Shown here piece by piece: positions 36,971 through 45,816 of a stretch of DNA of 64,000 bases; position 1 is the first letter of the stretch, and each line of letters opens with the position of its first letter. The stretch spans positions 2,662 to 66,661 of the forward strand of contig JBBQUZ010000010.1 of the NCBI GenBank assembly GCA_038212035.1. Reading direction: 5' to 3'. The position numbers and the translations under genes are program-made. The notes below the pieces were generated by a model. That model had not been told where the DNA came from and searched no databases. It worked only from the letters and a program-made list of their open reading frames with translations. This stretch comes from Fimbriimonadales bacterium (lineage in GTDB: Bacteria > Armatimonadota > Fimbriimonadia > Fimbriimonadales > Fimbriimonadaceae).

Positions 36971-38108
36971 CCAAATTGTACTTGTTGCTCCCGCAACCCC
37001 CCTCGCCGGATGGTCGCACGTGCGCTCCCGCTTTGTTTTCAATGCCTTTAAAAGCGTAAGGATCGGTGCCCGCAATCATCACGATATCTCGATAATCCGC
37101 CGAAGCTACCGGCACTTCAGGCTGAAATCCGGTCCACGGCAACAAAGATTCGGCACTCATATAGTGGTTTACCAGCGCTCGACGAAAACCGCGGTTAGCA
37201 TAGTTAGGCAAAGATCGATGAAGCAGATATCCGTTAAAAAACACAATGGATCCCGCTTTTACTTCAACCGGCACTGCATTTTTGTTGCTCCAAGGGAACC
37301 GTTGGGCTTCTGATGCGCAGTCAAACCGTGAATCTCCGTGCCACTCCTGAAAATACAGAATGCCTTCTCGCTGAGATTTTGGAATAACCCATAGGCATCC
37401 GTTCTCAACCGTAGCGTCATCCAGCGCAATCCAGCCCCCGGTCAAACTACGGTCTCTAGTCGGAATATAAATCTCATCTTGATGCCAAGCCTGCCCTGGC
37501 TTCCCTGCTGGCTTAATGAACAACATGGACTGCATGCATTTCACATTCGGACCAATTACGGAGGTGACAACATCTACAATCGCCGGCTGAGAAAGGGCAC
37601 TCAACATCAATTTTGAAATCTTGTGCGGAAAGTGGATGCACAGATATCGGCGAAGAGTATCTTCGGGAGACTCATCATCGGGCCTCTCTTGCAAACCGTT
37701 GACCACGCCTAACTCGCCCCGGCAAATATTGGCCGATTCTTCCTGAAGGGCCTTTAATTCCTCGGCCGTAACCCCATTTTCGATCACGAGAAATCCGTTC
37801 TCGGCGAAAAATGCGGCTGCTTCCGGCGGGATCGGCCACGAATAATAACCAGCCGGACGCCCATTTTGCCAAGACGTCCAAGCCGGCAATTTTCGCGCTT
37901 CGGCGAGTTCGTTAAAGGTTGCAGTTGATGGCATCAATGATATCATAGGCGTGCCAACGGGTAGAAAATCAAGTCTGTTACAGACTCTAAGATTTTGATT
38001 GCCATCAATCGACATTTGCATCAGTTGCTTCGCATCGGCAAAGATTTTGCCGTCCCGTTCCGTGGACCTCTCGAAAACGATCAGGCTACGATAATCACTT
38101 TTCGTCAA
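36945..38108 (-). CDS. phytanoyl-CoA dioxygenase (PhyH) family Fe(II)/2-oxoglutarate oxygenase
   Basis: 387 aa. Motifs FFAENGFLVIENGV and GQAWHQDEIYI (the HxD iron ligands) are present, with a distal His in GYLLHRS. The N-terminal ~90 aa may be an over-extension. The 3' end overlaps the bfd-like gene by 26 nt. Confidence 0.8.
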   Translation of the reverse strand: MTKSDYRSLIVFERSTERDGKIFADAKQLMQMSIDGNQNLRVCNRLDFLPVGTPMISLMPSTATFNELAEARKLPAWTSWQNGRPAGYYSWPIPPEAAAFFAENGFLVIENGVTAEELKALQEESANICRGELGVVNGLQERPDDESPEDTLRRYLCIHFPHKISKLMLSALSQPAIVDVVTSVIGPNVKCMQSMLFIKPAGKPGQAWHQDEIYIPTRDRSLTGGWIALDDATVENGCLWVIPKSQREGILYFQEWHGDSRFDCASEAQRFPWSNKNAVPVEVKAGSIVFFNGYLLHRSLPNYANRGFRRALVNHYMSAESLLPWTGFQPEVPVASADYRDIVMIAGTDPYAFKGIENKAGAHVRPSGEGGCGSNKYNLVKESDPLE

Positions 38109-38132
38109 GTCAACCGGTTGCCGCCAATTATG

Positions 38133-38816
38133 TTAGGGCTTATGGCACCATTCGATGAGTGCCCTCCGGCCAACTGGGGCTGCGCTTCCGTAGCCATTGG
38201 CGTGCAGAGAAGTTAAACGGAGTACGGAACAGGTGACGATCTCGGAGGAGAGACGTTCAAATGCTTCTTCGGCTCGATATCCGCGAGCCTGCTTCTCCGT
38301 GGTCGCCGGTCCGTCATAACGCGTAAGGTGAGTGGTGCCCGTGGAGGGTTCATCGCCGATCACCGTGTAAAAGACAGTGCTGTCTGTAACTGTTGCGCCG
38401 AGTAACTCTTTAATGCGCACCCGTCCAAAATCAAAATAGACGGGGCGGCGAGCGAAGCGCCAACTGGACTTCATTCTCTTCCACCGAAAAGATAGGACGT
38501 GAGGATTCATTTGACGCAGCAGATAGAACCTTTCGGCAAATTTTTCTGCATTTACAATCCAAATCATGCGTCCGTAATGAAGTTCCCTGGCCTGAATTTC
38601 CGCCGGAGAAATTGCTGAGTTCTGCAGTTCAACCACCAGCTCTTGAATTCGCACGTCTGCTCTATGGTCTCCCACCGGAACTTCTACGGTATCCATCGGA
38701 AATTCTAACTTCCAATTTCGGTGCCATTCAGTCTCCGGTTCAAACCAGTTGTCACAGTCCACACCTATCTCGTGAGCCCAGTGATGCACAACTATTCGGC
38801 CACATTTGGCTCGCAC
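38133..38816 (-). CDS. CoiA-like (competence protein CoiA family) PD-(D/E)xK nuclease-fold protein; the true start is probably upstream at about 38867
   Basis: Motifs HHWAH...C..W.EPETEWHRNWK...HRADVRI..LVVELQNSAI match the CoiA pattern (HFAH, ESxxH, D...E.Q). The ORF-track start is a GTG. The in-frame upstream codons encode ...AVCPLCGLT, which is the family's CxxC motif. Confidence 0.6.
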   Translation of the reverse strand: MRAKCGRIVVHHWAHEIGVDCDNWFEPETEWHRNWKLEFPMDTVEVPVGDHRADVRIQELVVELQNSAISPAEIQARELHYGRMIWIVNAEKFAERFYLLRQMNPHVLSFRWKRMKSSWRFARRPVYFDFGRVRIKELLGATVTDSTVFYTVIGDEPSTGTTHLTRYDGPATTEKQARGYRAEEAFERLSSEIVTCSVLRLTSLHANGYGSAAPVGRRALIEWCHKP

Positions 38817-38903
38817 CGTTAATCCGCAAAGCGGACAAACTGCTCTCTGCCCCTTGACAGCTAAGATTCGGTCTCCGTTTTATAGACTGGGCGTACTGCA
38901 AAG

Positions 38904-39806
38904 TTATCCCCGAGGAAACGCTTTTTTGTACGCGAGCTGAACTTCATCCAAGTCCAGTCCAGTGTAAATCTGAGTGGTGGCAATACTCTCGTGCCCTAGC
39001 AGTTCTTGTACCGCACGGAGATCTGCACCACCCCTCAAAAGGTCAACCGCGTAGGTGTGGCGCAACCGGTGCGGGCCAACCGATTCTTCAATTCCTGCCG
39101 CATGAGCAGTTTTCACAAGGAGGCCGTATACATTTTGTCGCCTAACGGGTAACCCACGGTTTGTGAGGAAAACAAGACTCGAACCCTTCCGCACCAGTTT
39201 CGGACGCGCTTCTGAGATATAGCGTCTGAGGGTGTTGATTGTAGTCTCGGGCAAAGGAATCCTCCTCACTTTGCCTCGCTTTCCCACTACCCTAATCGTT
39301 CTCTCTTCCAGGGCCAAGTCACCCAATTCTAGCCCAACGGCCTCACTTACCCGTAATCCTGCCCCGTAAATCAGTTCCAGAAGGGCATGGTCACGAATGG
39401 ATCCCACGGTTCCTTCATCCGGGGTGTCGAGCAGGGCATCACGGGCGCCGGGGCGTAGCGCCTTGGGAAGCGATTTTGACTTTCGAATGCCGTGCGTTGA
39501 GGGCAGGTCAACCGTTGGCCCGAGGTTTCGTCTCTTAAGAAACTTTAGGAATGATCGAAAAGCACTCATCCTTCTCTGGGCACTAGACCGGGCCATCGGC
39601 GGACCAAGTTTCGCCTCATAGGCCACCAGTTGTATCGAACTTATGTCCGCCCAACTTAGCAGGCCAATTTCCTTAAAAAACTCCGAAATTTTAGCAAGGT
39701 CTAGCCGGTAGGCAGTAACCGTGTGCGGACTCGCCCCGCGTTCAACCAACAGGTGGTCTAAGAACGCATCGATCGGATCTTCTAGGGCGTGGGCTTGCGC
39801 TTCCAT
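38904..39806 (-). CDS. site-specific tyrosine recombinase, XerC/XerD family
   Basis: 300 aa. An N-terminal SAM-like domain is present, with catalytic residues in ...GLRVSE..., HRLRHTYA and LLGHESIATTQIYT (R-H-R-Y). Confidence 0.85.
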   Translation of the reverse strand: MEAQAHALEDPIDAFLDHLLVERGASPHTVTAYRLDLAKISEFFKEIGLLSWADISSIQLVAYEAKLGPPMARSSAQRRMSAFRSFLKFLKRRNLGPTVDLPSTHGIRKSKSLPKALRPGARDALLDTPDEGTVGSIRDHALLELIYGAGLRVSEAVGLELGDLALEERTIRVVGKRGKVRRIPLPETTINTLRRYISEARPKLVRKGSSLVFLTNRGLPVRRQNVYGLLVKTAHAAGIEESVGPHRLRHTYAVDLLRGGADLRAVQELLGHESIATTQIYTGLDLDEVQLAYKKAFPRG

Positions 39807-41512
39807 ATAAGCACGGAGGGCTGGATGTACTGGAGGTCGTGAACGGTGGGTCCGTTCACGCCGAAGCCAGAATCTAACACGTAATCCTTCTCCAGTTGAG
39901 TTCGAAATTCTTGATAGCGCCGCACAAGGAGTTGATCCACCTCATCAAGACCGCTTAGTCCTTTGATTCGCTCTAGGTCTTCAAACTCGAATGAACTCAG
40001 AACCACGTAGCTGGGCTTGTCACCGGTCAGCAATCGAACATCAAACGAGAACGGACCACCGGCTTCGTTGGGTCGAATTCCCTCCCCACCCGGAGGGATA
40101 TGATAAATCAGTTTGGGCGAACTAGCCGCGTGAAGGCTCTCCACCCGCCGCGACCACGGATACATTGGCCCAAGACCGGAGTCCGGATAAAACGGCGGGG
40201 TGTAGTACCAGGGATCGCTGGCCAAACCCACGGTTATTTTGGAGTTGGCGGCGGCTCTTTCCTTAAGAACTTTTGCGGCGGAGTCTCTTGGGTCTTCCCC
40301 CGTCATCCATAGGGTCATCGTTGCCGCCATTCTCAGTCCGCCCGGATCCATTCCGCCTAACCCAAGTATCCCTAGCCCAACCGCCAAATGAGCGGCTCCT
40401 CCCTTCCGGTGGGCTCGGTCCATTGCGTATCCAAATCCGGCCGCCACCGCCACGTACAGGGGAAAGGTGTACCGGAGGAATTTGACCTCGGCTCGACCAA
40501 TGAGGAGGTAGTACGGGAGGGTAAACGCCAAAAGGACCCATAGCCAAGTCTGACGGCAAAACGCTCCCCACACCAGACCGCCCAGTCCGAGGAGAGTTAA
40601 TATCGGCCCTATGCCCGTGCCAAGATTCAGAAGGTGATAGATAAAGCCGGGCGGGGTTCCGACAAACACGAGTCCGTGCCCCGTAGACGTATGAGTCATC
40701 TCGAATTTAAAATCGGTAAGGAACTTCTGGGTGTCTAAAACTGCCCCGGGAGTGGCCAACAAGAAGACTATGAGTGCCGATAAGAATCCTGTCACTACTA
40801 CTAGGAGTGCTTTTTGCGGCTTAACAAGAATCACCACGGCAACCAGGCACAAGAGAACAAGAATGCCCGTGTACTTGGTTCCCGCGCTCAGTCCGGCAAA
40901 AACGCCGCACAACACGGCAATTTTCAGAGGGTTTCTCGTAGCTTCGCCATCCTTCGGAATTAGTAGAAGCGCATACCATATACTCACCGTCAAAAATAGC
41001 GCGGCAAGGATATCAACGGTTTGAAACCTAGAATGGACAACATGAGCGGGCGCAAACGCTACGAGCAGTCCGGCGGCTGCGCCACCCAATGGACTGGTGA
41101 ATCTCATGACCAGGAGGCACAGCATTAACGCCATCCCGGCGCCGGCCAACGCACTGATGATCCGCCCCGCCAAATGACAGCGCGACGCCCACGCCCAATT
41201 TGAGTCTGCAACCTTCTCGTCTGGCCCCCCTGTATAAGAGGTCACCACATCACTCGCCACCCTTAGGACTGTGAGATAGAGGGTGCCATAATTATAAAAT
41301 CCGGGGGTGAACTTGCCCTGGGTCGGTTCGATAGCCCGACTATATGTAAGGATAAGCCCCTCATCGGGATGATAGGTTTGGTTGTGAAGGTCGTTTTTGA
41401 GACCCCACGTGATGCCCACCAAACGAAGCAAAAGGGCAAGAGCAAACACACTGACCCCAATAATTACTTCGATTCGAATTTTAGGCACTGACTGCGTCAC
41501 GTTTTCCAACAC
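39782..41512 (-). CDS. GT-C fold membrane glycosyltransferase (PMT_2/ArnT-like) with a large C-terminal extracytoplasmic domain
   Basis: 576 aa with about 11 hydrophobic helices. The first-loop motif is YHPDEGL. It overlaps both neighbouring genes. Confidence 0.6.
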   Translation of the reverse strand: MLENVTQSVPKIRIEVIIGVSVFALALLLRLVGITWGLKNDLHNQTYHPDEGLILTYSRAIEPTQGKFTPGFYNYGTLYLTVLRVASDVVTSYTGGPDEKVADSNWAWASRCHLAGRIISALAGAGMALMLCLLVMRFTSPLGGAAAGLLVAFAPAHVVHSRFQTVDILAALFLTVSIWYALLLIPKDGEATRNPLKIAVLCGVFAGLSAGTKYTGILVLLCLVAVVILVKPQKALLVVVTGFLSALIVFLLATPGAVLDTQKFLTDFKFEMTHTSTGHGLVFVGTPPGFIYHLLNLGTGIGPILTLLGLGGLVWGAFCRQTWLWVLLAFTLPYYLLIGRAEVKFLRYTFPLYVAVAAGFGYAMDRAHRKGGAAHLAVGLGILGLGGMDPGGLRMAATMTLWMTGEDPRDSAAKVLKERAAANSKITVGLASDPWYYTPPFYPDSGLGPMYPWSRRVESLHAASSPKLIYHIPPGGEGIRPNEAGGPFSFDVRLLTGDKPSYVVLSSFEFEDLERIKGLSGLDEVDQLLVRRYQEFRTQLEKDYVLDSGFGVNGPTVHDLQYIQPSVLIWKRKPTP

Positions 41513-42242
41513 CGGTGGAGGTTAGCACAGCCTTAAGTGCAACTACCGCTTCGGGGCAATACTCAATTCCACTGCCTGCTTCAATCTCTCTTAAAGCGGC
41601 CAGTTGACCCCGTTCTCTGCGCTCCCAAACAAATTCTGTGGCAACCTTAATAATTCGGGGCCCTGGTCCAAGGCTTCTACCGAGCGGTTGCCCGCGCGTA
41701 TTCCCTGGCTTGGAAAACGGAGCGTGATGGTATCGAACAATGTTGGATAAGTGGCTCAGCGCCGGAATCTGCTCTAACATCGCACCACTCACTTCAGAAT
41801 GGCGCTGGTAAATTGCTTGTTCTTCAGCCGTCCAGTCTTCCTCTCGCTTGTCGTTCATGATTGAGTAAGGGACGGAACAAAGTCCAACGTCGCGGAGTCC
41901 AGCCGCCATTTCAAGGTCACGCAGGGCTCGCGCTCCTAAGCCCATCTGTTTTCCAATTTCTCTCACGAGGGGAACCACCTCAGCGCACATTCCTGAAGTG
42001 GTTGGACACCTCAGTTCGATGGCGGTAGAAAACGCAAGGACACTCGCCCTGATCCTAGCCTCGAGCTGCTGGGGAAGAATAATCGAAACGTAAACTAGCA
42101 ACCCAATGGTGGTAAAAATTGCGAGGATAACTACAAATACGCCCACCCTATCTTGCAAGACCACCCTCCTTGACAACCAGTTTGAAACATTGAACAACCG
42201 CGGGATCAAATTGTGTTCCAGAACATCGTTCCAGCTCGACAA
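41481..42242 (-). CDS. degenerate HD-GYP-like domain protein with one N-terminal transmembrane helix
   Basis: 253 aa. It aligns by eye with the HD-GYP domain of the upstream gene, but HDIGK is replaced by LRDVGL and HHERxDGxGYP by YHHAPFSKPGNTRGQP. An alternative GTG start at 42146 lies 2 nt after the upstream stop. Confidence 0.55.
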   Translation of the reverse strand: MSSWNDVLEHNLIPRLFNVSNWLSRRVVLQDRVGVFVVILAIFTTIGLLVYVSIILPQQLEARIRASVLAFSTAIELRCPTTSGMCAEVVPLVREIGKQMGLGARALRDLEMAAGLRDVGLCSVPYSIMNDKREEDWTAEEQAIYQRHSEVSGAMLEQIPALSHLSNIVRYHHAPFSKPGNTRGQPLGRSLGPGPRIIKVATEFVWERRERGQLAALREIEAGSGIEYCPEAVVALKAVLTSTGVGKRDAVSA

Positions 42243-43500
42243 TGGCCTCGCTAACGCTCATTCGCTTGCGGTAAGGACGGTCCTGACCGGGTCCATCGCC
42301 TCCAGTCATTGCATCAAAAGCATCAATCACAGCAATCACCCTACTTTCAAGGGGAATTTGGTCACCCACCAAACCTGACGGGTATCCGGTCCCGTCTGGA
42401 CGTTCATGGTGGTGTTGCACCCACGCCACAATCGGTTGAAGTTCAAGGACCGGCGAAAGAATCTTCGCGCCTGAAACGGCATGGGTGCGCACATGGTCCA
42501 TCTCCTCTTGAGTGAGCCGCGAGGGCTTATCCAGGATTCGCTCATCGACCGCAATTTTGCCAATATCGTGAAGTACGGCGGCTTCCCTAAGCAGACGCGC
42601 CCGGTGAGACGGCAATCCAAGCCGCCGGCCCACTTCTTCTGCGGTCCATGCCACCCGTTCGACGTGACCTTGAGTATAGGGATGGGTTCTCTCCAACATA
42701 TCCGCTAAGGCACCAATCGTGTGGACGTAGTAGTCCGTCATGCGATCCCGATAGGCAACCGCCGTGCGATAGGCCCAAACTGGCACCAGAGTCAGAGGAA
42801 TCGCCAAAAGCCCGTGAGCCCGGTAAAGCGCAGCGACTACCATGAACAGAACTGCGTACAGAGCAAAAGTTTTCACTCCCATTGCCATACTGGAGGGGCG
42901 AGGCTCACTCTTTGCCGCTGACTTATGGCTGCTGTTTAAGGCGGTGACGAGCAGAAAGTTGGTGACGGCGTACACCAACAGAAAAAGCAGGGCACCTAGG
43001 TGGGTAGCGCCGGTCAAACCCCATAGATTCGGCTCTGCCGTCTTCAATGAAAAATATGCTACTGGCATGGCCGTGGCCACAATCACCAAGTTAGCATAGG
43101 TCCAGTAGGGTGAGAAACGTTTGTGTCCAGAAAAGGCCATGACTAAAGCACCCACCATCGTAGCTGTAAGGTCGGTGGCGAGCGCCGCCACCGGTCCAAT
43201 CGCAACGGCTACCCCAAATACAAATGGCAACGTAAAAGTAACGTTCAAACCACGATGTCTCAGAGAAATGGGTATGAGCTCGGCCAGAAAAGCAGAGAGG
43301 GGTAATAGAAACCAGTAAGCCGGAGTGTGAAAAGCAACCCCGTAGCGGGCAAAAACCAGCGAGACCGCGACAACGCTCAGCAGGCCGACCGCAAGAAGAA
43401 CACTCCAAGATCCATTCCTTCGACCGAATCGAACAGATTTAACCACGCCCATAGAGTTCAAAGTTGGCTCCTCGCGCAACGCTTCGCCGCTCAAGCTCAT
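42148..43500 (-). CDS. membrane-anchored HD-GYP domain protein (putative c-di-GMP phosphodiesterase) with a multi-helix N-terminal sensor
   Basis: 450 aa with about 7 transmembrane helices. The canonical motifs follow: HVERV...HDIGKIAV...HHERPDGTGYPSGL. Confidence 0.85.
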   Translation of the reverse strand: MSLSGEALREEPTLNSMGVVKSVRFGRRNGSWSVLLAVGLLSVVAVSLVFARYGVAFHTPAYWFLLPLSAFLAELIPISLRHRGLNVTFTLPFVFGVAVAIGPVAALATDLTATMVGALVMAFSGHKRFSPYWTYANLVIVATAMPVAYFSLKTAEPNLWGLTGATHLGALLFLLVYAVTNFLLVTALNSSHKSAAKSEPRPSSMAMGVKTFALYAVLFMVVAALYRAHGLLAIPLTLVPVWAYRTAVAYRDRMTDYYVHTIGALADMLERTHPYTQGHVERVAWTAEEVGRRLGLPSHRARLLREAAVLHDIGKIAVDERILDKPSRLTQEEMDHVRTHAVSGAKILSPVLELQPIVAWVQHHHERPDGTGYPSGLVGDQIPLESRVIAVIDAFDAMTGGDGPGQDRPYRKRMSVSEAIVELERCSGTQFDPAVVQCFKLVVKEGGLAR

Positions 43501-43646
43501 AACCTATACGGTCAGCCACCCCTTACCGCCCAAAAATGCAAAGTACGGCCACTGTCACAGTTAATATTACTTGGAAAGGCTTAAGAAGTTGGCCTCAACC
43601 TACCGCTAGTAAACAAGTCTGACAACTTTTTCGCAATGGTTGACAA

Positions 43647-44627
43647 TTACTTAGCGGCAGACCTTGAAACCTGACGAAGAAATGTTTTGCCCTTTAGGGA
43701 GACAGAAACCGCTGGATCCTCGGGGTCGTCCGTGAGAATCACGCTAAACCCTCCCGCACTTTTCGCTCGCGCCGCCAACGTGGAACCGTTCTTGGGATCC
43801 AGGTCAAACTCAATGGATGACTGCAATTTAAGTGGGATGGTTTTAATACCTGATTCCTCAGAATCAGGTCCCAAATTCTGATTAACGAACGCGCCTAAAT
43901 CAGAATCTACATTAAGCGTGGCTTCCACACGACTCACCATTTTCCCCGCCGATTGCATAGTTCCACGATATGTAAACACGTAATCAAGCCGTTGCACCGC
44001 AACTTTTCCGTCTTTGCCTTTGAGTTTCTGGGGCGAATATCCAACCGTCCTCTTCCAGGTGTCACCCGGCTTTACGTCTTCAATAGAAAGACGGGGATTA
44101 AAATCAAGAGAACTGTCAAACGATCCGACCGAGAGAGAGAGCCTCTCTATTTCACCCACGTATTGACCAATCACGTCCTGAAACTTGCGCAATCGCTTAT
44201 GATTGTTCACGTGTGCGGACACAATCCTGGATTCTTTTTTGGGCGCAGTTAAGTCGGTTTGGCTGAGTATTTCGTTGATCGGCGATACCGTAAGTTCGAA
44301 TTTCAGATTTAGCTTTTCGACCTTGGTCTTAGGCGGTGCGTCAAAGGTTTCTCCCTCTACCGTCGTGAACGTCGGTCGGCTGTAGATCAATTTGGCAATC
44401 CCGTCTGCGCCTAAACTTTTTACGCGAACGCTAAAGTTGTAACTCAGATCGAGGTCTTCCGGAATTGCGGTTTTTAAACCCCGCATTTTCTGTTCTGCGG
44501 AAAGCGAAGCCCGAACCTCATATTGCTCGATGGTGCCCACTTTGAATTTTCTAGACAAGGTGATTGCATCGGGGGATGACAATCCGTTCAAAGTCGTGAC
44601 AAACCCAAGCACGGCCATTAGGTACAT
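43647..44627 (-). CDS. secreted hypothetical protein (beta-rich)
   Basis: 326 aa with an N-terminal hydrophobic signal-like segment. I recognised no domain. It shows weak motif similarity to the ORF at 16605-17315. Confidence 0.55.
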   Translation of the reverse strand: MYLMAVLGFVTTLNGLSSPDAITLSRKFKVGTIEQYEVRASLSAEQKMRGLKTAIPEDLDLSYNFSVRVKSLGADGIAKLIYSRPTFTTVEGETFDAPPKTKVEKLNLKFELTVSPINEILSQTDLTAPKKESRIVSAHVNNHKRLRKFQDVIGQYVGEIERLSLSVGSFDSSLDFNPRLSIEDVKPGDTWKRTVGYSPQKLKGKDGKVAVQRLDYVFTYRGTMQSAGKMVSRVEATLNVDSDLGAFVNQNLGPDSEESGIKTIPLKLQSSIEFDLDPKNGSTLAARAKSAGGFSVILTDDPEDPAVSVSLKGKTFLRQVSRSAAK

Positions 44628-44650
44628 ATGGACTTCAGGCTACCCTCTGA

Positions 44651-45772
44651 TCAAGATTTCAACATCTGCTTAGCAATCACCATCCGCTGAATTTCTGAGC
44701 AACCTTCTCCAATTTCGGTGAGTTTGGCGTCACGCCAAAGTTTTTCAACCAGATATTCTGGGGTCATTCCCCTTCCCCCGTGAACCTGAATCGCCCGATT
44801 GGTCACCCGGTTAGCGGTTTCGCTGGCGTACAACTTAGCAAACGAAGACTCTTTGATCACAGGCAATCCCTGATCCAGCCGATGAGCCCCACTCCACAGG
44901 AGCAATCTTGCCGCCTCTACTTCCATTGCGCTATCCGCAATCATGTTTTGCACCGATTGCATATCTCCAAGTTTGCGATTGAACTGTTCTCTTTGCTTGG
45001 CGTAGTCAACCATCAGCTCAAGCGCTTTTTCGGCAATACCCACTGCCATCGCGGCAATTCCTAGCCTTCCGCGGTAAAGAAGGCCAATTGCTTCTTCAAA
45101 CTTGCATGGCGTGTGCCATGCTCGTGCGTCTTTCAGCCCAAATTGCACAGTATTTGATGCAGAAACCCCAACGGTTGTGATCCGCTTTTCGAGTGTAAAA
45201 CCTGATTGATTGGTCTCAAGTAGAAATCCACTGAGTTCTCCATCGGGAAGACGCGCAATCAAAATGATGAGATCGGCCACACCTCCATTTGTAATGAACA
45301 TCTTTCTACCGTTGAGGTGAAAATATCCGACTTCACCATCAATGGGGGTTGCGGTTGTCTTAACTCGGCGAGCATCAGACCCGGCATCGGGCTCGGTCAG
45401 GCCCCATGCCAGCTTTACTTCACCCGTTTTGATCCGGGACAAGTATTTCACCTTTTGGTCTGGGGTGCCCAAGGTGTCGATATGAGCAACGCAAAGCGCG
45501 TTGACGGCGGCGATGTTCATGGCGAGCGCCGGATCACCCTTCGCCATTTCGCGGCAGGCCTCACAGTAAGTCATACAACTGAACCCAGGGCCGCCAGACT
45601 CCGTTGAAAGCGTCATAGACAGAAGCCCCAACTCACCAAGCCGGCGCCAGATGCCGATGGGAAACGCCTGGTCTGCCTCCCACGCCCGTGTGTTTGGAAG
45701 AACTTCAACCGCCACAAATTCTCGCACCGAATCCATGAACTTCACTTCGCTGGTTGATTGGATAGGGGTCAT
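44651..45772 (-). CDS. acyl-CoA dehydrogenase
   Basis: 373 aa. ACAD motifs are present: GLTEPDAGSD, KMFITNG, QIHGGRGM and the C-terminal catalytic-Glu region EIGEG. Confidence 0.9.
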   Translation of the reverse strand: MTPIQSTSEVKFMDSVREFVAVEVLPNTRAWEADQAFPIGIWRRLGELGLLSMTLSTESGGPGFSCMTYCEACREMAKGDPALAMNIAAVNALCVAHIDTLGTPDQKVKYLSRIKTGEVKLAWGLTEPDAGSDARRVKTTATPIDGEVGYFHLNGRKMFITNGGVADLIILIARLPDGELSGFLLETNQSGFTLEKRITTVGVSASNTVQFGLKDARAWHTPCKFEEAIGLLYRGRLGIAAMAVGIAEKALELMVDYAKQREQFNRKLGDMQSVQNMIADSAMEVEAARLLLWSGAHRLDQGLPVIKESSFAKLYASETANRVTNRAIQVHGGRGMTPEYLVEKLWRDAKLTEIGEGCSEIQRMVIAKQMLKS

Positions 45773-45816
45773 TGTCTTGATCTCATAACGTTGTCTGTCT
45801 GAAGCCCCAGTTTACT

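Noticed and set aside
38133-39806. The tyrosine recombinase and CoiA-like nuclease as a possible integrative element
   Set aside because: The recombinase has full XerC/D-type features and overlaps a housekeeping-looking GT-C gene. I saw no flanking att-like direct repeats, tRNA target, or phage or plasmid genes.
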